A DNA stretch of 64,000 nt, taken from assembly GCA_964057225.1 (NCBI GenBank), contig OZ059894.1, positions 4,216,001-4,280,000 of the forward strand, in the 5' to 3' direction. This DNA comes from Auanema rhodensis (Eukaryota; Animalia; Nematoda). Both the position numbers and the translations under genes were made by a program. Shown in pieces: positions 1 to 8,600 of the stretch. Position 1 is the first letter of the stretch; the number at the start of each line of letters is the position of its first letter. The notes beneath the pieces are model-generated. The model saw nothing but the letters and a program-made list of their open reading frames with translations. It did not search any database and had not been told where the DNA came from.

Positions 1-3000
1 TTTTTGTCAAAATGTTTTTGGAAGCAATGTTGAGTGTACATGGAAACTCAACATACACTAATGCATCATTTTTCAAACGATCATAACTAATTTTTGTATC
101 AAGCGTTTCTTAATGTAGTATAGTGCATTCGATGCGGATTTTTAAGCTGCGTCGATCTGTGTTATCAGATTTGCGCTAGCTTAAAAATGCACCGAGATAT
201 CAACTGATATAAGTTCACACTTATATCCTCGATTTTCACCCTGAAGAATTAACTTTTTCGTTGAATAACATTGTCTATCGTCTTTGCCTTGAAAAATGGA
301 ATCTAAAAACATCTACTATTTGCTAAATTATTTTGAAATTTTTCGAAAAAATTTTTGTCAAAATGTTTTTGGAAGCAATGTTGAGTGTACATGGAAACTC
401 AACATACACTAATGCATCATTTTTCAAACGATCATAACTAATTTTTGTATCAAGCGTTTTTCAATGTAGTATAGTGCATTCGATGCGGATTTTTAAGCTG
501 CGTCGATCTGTGTTATCAGATTTGCGCTAGCTTAAAAATGCACCGAGATATCAACTGATATAAAATCACACTTATATCCTCGATTTTCACCCTGAAGAAA
601 TAATTTTTTCGTTGAATAACATTGTCCATCGTCTTTGCCTTGAAAAATGGAATCTAAAAACATCTACTTTTTGCTAAATTATTTTGAAATTTTTCGAAAC
701 AATTTTTGTCAAAATGTTTTTGGAAGCAATGTTGAGTGTACATGGAAACTCAACATACACTAATGCATCATTTTTCAAACGATCATAACTAATTTTTGTA
801 TCAAGTGTTTCTCAATGTAATATAGTGCATTCGATGCGGATTTTTAAGCTGCGTCGATCTGTGTTATCAGATTTGCGCTAGCTTAAAAATGCACCGAGAT
901 ATCAACTGATATAAGTTCACACTTATATCCTCGATTTTCACCCCGAAGAATTAATTTTTTCGTTGAATAACATTGTCCATCGTCTTTGCCTTGAAAAATG
1001 GAATCTAAAAACATCTACTTTTTGCTAAATTATTTTGAAATGTTTCGAAACAATTTTTGTCAAAATGTTTTTGGAAGCAATGTTGAGTGTACATGGAAAC
1101 TCAACATACACTAATGCATCATTTTTCAAACGATCATAACTAATTTTTGTATCAAGCGTTTCTTAATGTAGTATAGTGCATTCGATGCGGATTTTTAAGC
1201 TGCGTCGATCTGTGTTATCAGATTTGCGCTAGCTTAAAAATGCACCGAGATATCAACTGATATAAGTTCACACTTATATCCTCGATTTTCACCCCGAAGA
1301 ATTAATTTTTTCGTTGAATAACATTGTCCATCGTCTTTGCCTTGAAAAATGGAATCTAAAAACATCTACTTTTTGCTAAATTATTTTGAAATTTTTCGAA
1401 ACAATTTTTGTCAAAATGTTTTTGGAAGCAATGTTGAGTGTACATGGAAACTCAACATACACTAATGCATCATTTTTCAAACGATCATAACTAATTTTTG
1501 TATCAAGCGTTTCTTAATGTAGTATAGTGCATTCGATGCGGATTTTTAAGCTGCGTCGATCTGTGTTATCAGATTTGCGCTAGCTTAAAAATGCACCGAG
1601 ATATCAACTGATATAAGTTCACACTTATATCCTCGATTTTCACCCTGAAGAATTAACTTTTTCGTTGAATAACATTGTCTATCGTCTTTGCCTTGAAAAA
1701 TGGAATCTAAAAACATCTACTATTTGCTAAATTATTTTGAAATTTTTCGAAAAAATTTTTGTCAAAATGTTTTTGGAAGCAATGTTGAGTGTACATGGAA
1801 ACTCAACATACACTAATGCATCATTTTTCAAACGATCATAACTAATTTTTGTATCAAGCGTTTTTCAATGTAGTATAGTGCATTCGATGCGGATTTTTAA
1901 GCTGCGTCGATCTGTGTTATCAGATTTGCGCTAGCTTAAAAATGCACCGAGATATCAACTGATATAAGTTCACACTTATATCCTCGATTTTCACCCTGAA
2001 GAAATAATTTTTTCGTTGAATATTATTGTCCATCGTCTTTGCCTTAAAAAAAGGAATCTAAAAACATCTACTTTTTGCTAAATTATTTTGAAATTTTTCG
2101 AAAAAATTTTTGTCAAAATGTTTTTGGAAGCAATGTTGAGTGTACATGGAAACTCAACATACACTAATGCATCATTTTTCAAAAGATCATAACTAATTTT
2201 TGTATCAAGCGTTTCTCAATGTAGTATAGTGCGTTCGATGCAGATTTTTAAGCTGCGTCGATCTGTGTTATCAGATTTGCGCTAGCTTAAAAATGCACCG
2301 AGATATCAACTGATATAAGTTCACACTTATATCCTCGATTTTCACCCTGAAGAATTAATTTTTTCGTTGAATAACATTGTCCATCGTCTTTGCCTTGAAA
2401 AATGGAATCTAAAAACATCTACTTTTTGCTAAATTATTCTGAAATTTTTCGAAACAATTTTTGTCAAAATGTTTTTGGAAGCAATGTTGAGTGTACATGG
2501 AAACTCAACATACACTAATGCATCATTTTTCTAACGATCATAACTAATTTTTGTATTAAGCTTTACTCAATGTAGTATAGTGCATTCGATGCAGATTTTT
2601 AAGCTGCGTCGATCTGTGTTATCAGATTTGCGCTAGCTTAAAAATGCACCGAGATATCAACTGATATAAGTTCACACTTATATCCTCGATTTTCACCCTG
2701 AAGAATTAATTTTTTCGTTGAATAACATTGTCCATCGTCTTTGCCTTGAAAAATGGAATCTAAAAACATCTACTTTTTGCTAAATTATTTTGAAATTTTT
2801 CGAAACAATTTTTGTCAAAATGTTTTTGGAAGCAATGTTGAGTGTACATGGAAACTCAACATACACTAATGCATCATTTTTCAAACGATCATAACTAATT
2901 TTTGTATCAAGCGTTTCTTAATGTAGTATAGTGCATTCGATGCGGATTTTTAAGCTGCGTCGATCTGTGTTATCAGATTTGCGCTAGCTTAAAAATGCAC

Positions 3001-3916
3001 CGAGATATCAACTGATATAAGTTCACACTTATATCCTCGATTTTCACCCTGAAGAAATAATTTTTTCGTTGAATAACATTGTCCATCGTCTTTGCCTTGG
3101 AAAAAGGAATCTAAAAACATTTAATTTTTGCTGAATTATTTTGAAATTTTTCGAAAAAATTTTTGTCAAAATGTTTTTGGAAGCAATGTTGAGTGTACAT
3201 GGAAACTCAACATACACTAATGCATCATTTTTCTAACGATCATAACTAATTTTTGTATTAAGCTTTTCTCAATGTAGTATAGTGCATTCGATGCAGATTT
3301 TTAAGCTGCGTCGATCTGTGTTATCAGATTTGCGCTAGCTTAAAAATGCACCGAGATATCAACTGATATAAGTTCACACTTATATCCTCGATTTTCACCC
3401 TGAAGAATTAACTTTTTCGTTGAATAACATTGTCTATCGTCTTTGCCTTGAAAAATGGAATCTAAAAACATCTACTATTTGCTAAATTATTTTGAAATTT
3501 TTCGAAAAAATTTTTGTCAAAATGTTTTTGGAAGCAATGTTGAGTGTACATGGAAACTCAACATACACTAATGCATCATTTTTCAAACGATCATAACTAA
3601 TTTTTGTATCAAGCGTTTTTCAATGTAGTATAGTGCATTCGATGCGGATTTTTAAGCTGCGTCGATCTGTGTTATCAGATTTGCGCTAGCTTAAAAATGC
3701 ACCGAGATATCAACTGATATAAGTTCACACTTATATCCTCGATTTTCACCCTGAAGAAATAATTTTTTCGTTGAATATTATTGTCCATCGTCTTTGCCTT
3801 AAAAAAAGGAATCTAAAAACATCTACTTTTTGCTAAATTATTTTGAAATTTTTCGAAAAAATTTTTGTCAAAATGTTTTTGGAAGCAATGTTGAGTGTAC
3901 ATGGAAACTCAACATA
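1..3916. repeat. 351-bp tandem satellite array, left arm (about 11 monomers; continues beyond window start)
   Basis: TTTTTGTCAAAATG recurs at 1, 352, 703 and onward (period 351). Monomers differ only by scattered substitutions. The array stops inside ...CTCAACATA at the retroelement junction. Confidence 0.99.
3912..3916 (+). other. Left target-site duplication ACATA
   Basis: The satellite reads CTCA-ACATA-CACTA, and ACATA flanks the element on both sides. A 6-bp AACATA reading is formally possible if the LTR ends one base earlier. Confidence 0.9.
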
Positions 3917-4234
3917 TGTTTCGTATATTATACGAAATTTAATGAAAGTAACGGAGAAACTATTAAAAAAGTGAGAATTCATTAAATATTAAAATCATCC
4001 TGAAAAGAAATTATTCATTAATCATTTATTCTCATTTGGTTTGAGAAAACCGGTTGAATACGCGTCACGTCATAAGCGCGTGAAATTGACGTAACGAGGA
4101 CTAAAAAGTTATCTTTCAGTTCACATAGTTGGCTCATAGCGCGTAGTCGCATATTTAATAATATATATCGTGATTCATAAAATATTTCTTATAAATAAAT
4201 CATTTTCATTATATTTCGTTTTAATTTCGAGATA
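3917..4234 (+). repeat. 5' LTR (318 bp, TGTTTCG...CGAGATA)
   Basis: Matches 12393-12710 with no difference seen by eye. Contains an Inr-like TCAGTT (4116-4121), AATAAA (4194-4199) and a CGTCAC/ACGT motif cluster (about 4061-4097). Confidence 0.96.
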
Positions 4235-4241
4235 TAAAAAG

Positions 4242-4264
4242 TGGTGCATCGGCCGGGAAACGAA
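4242..4264 (+). promoter_or_regulatory. Primer-binding site copy 1, complementary to the 3' end of tRNA-Gly(GCC), extended into the T-loop
   Basis: TGGTGCATCGGCCGGGAA is the reverse complement of TTCCCGGCCGATGCACCA, the invertebrate tRNA-Gly(GCC) 3' end as I recall it. It is followed by A-CGAA where the tRNA complement would be T-CGAA. Confidence 0.88.
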
Positions 4265-4757
4265 TCTTTTAATTTCGATTTTTTCGTTTTCGATCTTTTT
4301 ATATAAGGTTTTCCATACTGATTGTTGTTTTTCTGGTATTAGTTCGTCCCATCCTATTTTGGAATCCCAAATTTCTTTCAAAAATAACCTTAGTTTTAAT
4401 GTTAGAGGTTGTGTTATACCGAGAGGGTCGAATATTGAGTTTATATAGCTCAAAATTCCTCTTTTGGTTATAGACTTCTCTTCCCATTTGGGTATTTTTA
4501 TTAATAAAACATCTTTTTCACCGTTGTAATGCATTCCTAGTATTTTGAAGCTTGTTTCTTTAATCTGGTCTTTGATTGGGATCATGTCTTTTTGAATTAC
4601 ATCATTAGTATAAAATTCTCTAACGTTCATTCCTATTTTTGAAAATAAATTTTTTACTTCCTCATAAAATTTGAAAATTTGATCTTTATTTTCAATTTTC
4701 AGCATTATGTTGTCCACATAAATGTTTCTTAATATATTTTCTGAGATTTCACTTTTT
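4265..4757 (-). repeat. Inverted copy A of the element's own pol (corresponds to 8832-9324, RT C-terminal half including YVDN)
   Basis: Reverse complement of 8832-9324. ORF 4175..4717(-) translates identically to the polyprotein stretch DNIMLKIENK...KIEIKR. Confidence 0.96.
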
Positions 4758-5494
4758 CTGCATTTTAGTGATGAAAATTAGAACTTGGCGAATTATGTTA
4801 ATGAACTTTGAATACGATGAAAAAGTTTGTGCCAAGAAATCTAAATCTTGATTCTCAGCTGGATTCATTTCAGATTTTAACAACAAAGTCACTATTTTTA
4901 GTTGTGGTTCATCACAATACTTTTCTATAACTTCTTTCAATGTTTTTATGTGCAAATTTCGTTCTTTTTCTGCTTTATACCATTGAGGACCTTCGATCCA
5001 TTGCATATATGTTTCATCGGGTTTTTCTAAACCTCTCGTAGGTAAATCGGCAGGATTAAACTTTGTATTCACATAAAAAAATTCAATTTTTCGGTTTCCT
5101 TGTTCAATTTCGGTTATTAATTCTGTTATTTTGTTCAATCTGTTCCGTATATATATTTTTTTCGTTGGATTCTTATGTAACCAACATAGAACAACTTGTG
5201 AATCAGTGAAAATTTTAATATTTTTGATTTTTACGTTTATTTCTTTGATATTTTCTTTTAACATTTTCATTCCGAAAAGAACAGCAGTTAGTTCTTTCAT
5301 TGGTATGGTTCCTTCAACCATTGTCGATGATTTAGAGCATAAAAAATCTATTTTTTCAATTTTTCCATGAATATTTATACTCATCACATATGCGACGGCC
5401 GCTATGACATCTTTAGACGCGTCAGTGAATAATAAAAATTCATATTTTTGAGATGTATCGCTTGTTTCATCGATAATTGCTCTTTTAATTTCGA
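4753..5494 (-). repeat. Inverted copy B of the element's own pol (corresponds to 9311-10052, RNase H domain)
   Basis: Reverse complement of 9311-10052. ORF 4749..5537(-) translates identically to the polyprotein stretch EIKRAIIDETSD...ITKMQK. Confidence 0.96.
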
Positions 5495-5517
5495 GATATA
5501 AAAAGTGGTGCATCGGC
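5483..5517 (+). promoter_or_regulatory. Second copy of LTR 3' end + spacer + short (12-nt) PBS
   Basis: TTTTAATTTCGAGATATAAAAAGTGGTGCATCGGC is identical to 4219-4253. The PBS part, TGGTGCATCGGC, lies at 5506-5517 and is followed by the gag leader. Confidence 0.93.
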
Positions 5518-5625
5518 AAATCTAGAATCACAAACATAAAAGAAATATCAATTCCAAAAATAAGATCAATTCTTAAACAGAGAATAAACTTATAAAATTA
5601 ATTGGAAAAAAAATTATAAGCTGAA

Positions 5626-8600
5626 ATGAGCAGTCAAGGAAACAAAAATGACAATAGTGCCTATAAATCAGCTATACAAAGAAAAATAAACTGTACATTA
5701 GCAAGAAGAGAAAAAATAAAAATTATTTTCGATTCAGATTTGAACGAAATGGAAGTTTATTTACCAGAAATAAAGGAATACTTAAATTATTTTGTTAGAT
5801 TCATGGAAAGTGTGATTTCTCTCAGAATTGAAGAAGATTTTCCAATTATAAAAGAAAAAGTTGAAAATTCAATCATAATTGAAAACTGGGAAATCATAAA
5901 AAATGAAATATACTTTATTGCGAAAAATATTAATAGTGATATACAAAGCGCTTCACGAGAAGAAATAAAATTATGCATCAGAAATTTCAAATTAAATGAA
6001 AAAGACTTCCTAGAAGCAATAAATCAAAAAGATTTAATCGAAATCGAAGAGGAACCCTCAGATAATGAAGAGGAAACTCAATTTTCTTCAGAAGAAGATT
6101 TAGAATCGGAATACGAAAAGTTATCACAAAGATTCACTCCTACCAACTTCAAAATTAACCAACTTAAAAGCAAACATGCAAAATGTGTGTACCAAACCCC
6201 AATCAAAAAAGGTACACCTAATTTAATAATATCCCCAAGAGCAAAACAAACAGTTCAATATAAAGAAAACGATTTACTATCAAAAATAAAACAATTGACA
6301 AACAATTTAAATGAATTAAAAACGAAATATAATGAAGAAATTGGAAAAACACATAAAAAATGTGTAATACACAAAAGAACAGAAAAGTACGAAAGTAATG
6401 AAGAATATAATACAGAATCAGATGAAGAAAATATATCTTATGGAAAAAACAAACACAAGATCATGAAAAATGAAGGATTCAAACCAAAAATGGAATTACA
6501 AAAATTTGATGGAGAAATCAAAAAATTTAAAGAATTTTACAACATGTTCAAAATGCTCATACATAATAATAAAAAAATAACGAAATTAGAAAAATTATAC
6601 TATCTCAAAACATCACTTACCGGCTTCCCATCACAACTGTTGGAACACATCAGCCTAGAGGCGAACAATTATGCAAAAGCTCTGAAATTGTTAAAAGATA
6701 CGTTTGATAGACCTTACGAAATTAAAAAAGATTTAAAAATGGAGCTTAGTAACGTAAGAAAATCATATAACAACCCAATACATGCAAGAGAAAATTTTTA
6801 TAAAATTAAGTCAATAATATCAGCATTAGAAGAGTACGAAAACGTTGATAATGATGAAATAATAGAAATAATAAAAAGCAAATTTGATATAGAGATCAAC
6901 ACAAAAATATCCGAAATAGAAATAACAGAAAAAAGGAGAATGAACATAGAAGACGTGCTAAAATGCATAGAAATCAAAATAGAAGCAGGAATTGCAGCAA
7001 CAAAAAACAGCAAAAGTGAAAAATATGAGCATAGATCAACAATTAATTTTTTAACAAATTCAAATAAAGAAAGAAAGCCGAAAACAATAAAAAATTATAA
7101 TAGAATGAACGAAAATAATTATAGCCCTACAAAACAAATTGAAAAAACATGCATATACTGTAGAATGGATAATCATGATACGAAATACTGTAGAAAATTG
7201 AAACCAATTAGCGAAAAGCGAAATATTATTATGCAAAACAAAGTATGCTGGATTTGTTTTAGCAAAAAACATTCATCATTCGAATGTAAAGAAAAACCAT
7301 GCGAAATATGCAATGGACGGCATCATCAAAGCATTTGCATAAAAAACCAATATGCTAATGAGCAAACTACACTCAAAAACAACAGAAACGCATATGCTAA
7401 TGAAGGTACCCCAAACCAAAATGAAAGAAAATATTATGCTAATGAAGAGAGGCCAGAAACTTCAACTAACAGGTGGCAATCAAGAACCATTAGGGCAAAA
7501 TTTTCGAATAATGAAAAATGTAATAGAAAAGGGATAATAAGAACTAATCTTTTATCAGAAAATATAAATAACACAGAAAAAAATAGAAATAACACATTTT
7601 TCATATCATTTTTCAAAACTTATCATAAAAATCTAGTAATATTATTCGATACTTGCTCTCATCAATCATTTATAAAAGAAAAAACAGCGAAACTGTTGAA
7701 TTTAAAAATTTTAAACGAAAAATCTTTAAGTATTTCAAGCATAAATAACAATATAAAAAACATATCATCTAGAGAAGTTATGTGGGATATTCCCGAAGTC
7801 AAAAAAGCAGTAAAACTAATGAGTATTGATCAAATTACAAAATATGTTAATATGCCCATATTAAATGAAGAGGATATTAAAGAAATCAAAGCATATAAAC
7901 TAAAAAGTAATACATTATTATTTGAAAAAGGTCTTGTAGAACCAGATATTTTAATAGGAATGGACAATTTCTTCGATTTTGTTCCAAAAACTTTCAAATC
8001 TATTAATATACGTAATGATTTGATTATAATACCAACTATAATACATCCTATTATTGCTCAAAGTGACTGTAATGATAGTAATTCAAAAGAATCCGTTCAA
8101 AACGAAGATATAAGCTGTTTTTTAAACGGAATTAGTTTAAATAATGATAATAAAAAAGCAACTAAAGAAGAAATACGTAAATATGAAGATAAAATGGCTT
8201 GGAAACATTTTTACGATAATGTACAATATGTAAATGATCGAATTAAAGTTAAATTTCCAATAAGACCGGATGTTCAATCAATTAACGATAATTATGGCAA
8301 AAGTATCGGATGTTTGAATGGCATACTGAACACAATGAAAGATAAAACCGATATTTTGATGAAATATAACGAAACAATGATGGAACAAATGAAAACTGGA
8401 ATTCTAGAAATTGCTCCAGAGCAAAATCATCCTTTTTTCACTTATTATATACCACATCATTATGTTTTAAAACTGTCGAGCCTGACTACAAAGCTCAGAA
8501 TTGTTTTAAATGCATCAAGTAAAAAGAAAAATGAAAAATCTCTCAATGACATACTGTATCAAGGTGAAGGCATCATACCAAGTCTTGCAGGCATGCTAAT

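Noticed and set aside
4242-4264. tRNA gene
   Set aside because: Only 23 nt complementary to a tRNA 3' end including CCA. It is a primer-derived sequence, not a cloverleaf gene.
4175-5537. Minus-strand ORFs of 180 aa and 262 aa as independent RT or RNase H genes, or as a second nested element
   Set aside because: They are exact inverted fragments of the main ORF, with termini borrowed from PBS/LTR/leader sequence and no LTRs or TSD of their own. A standalone RNase H product from the ATG at 5537 would need antisense transcription, for which I see no evidence.
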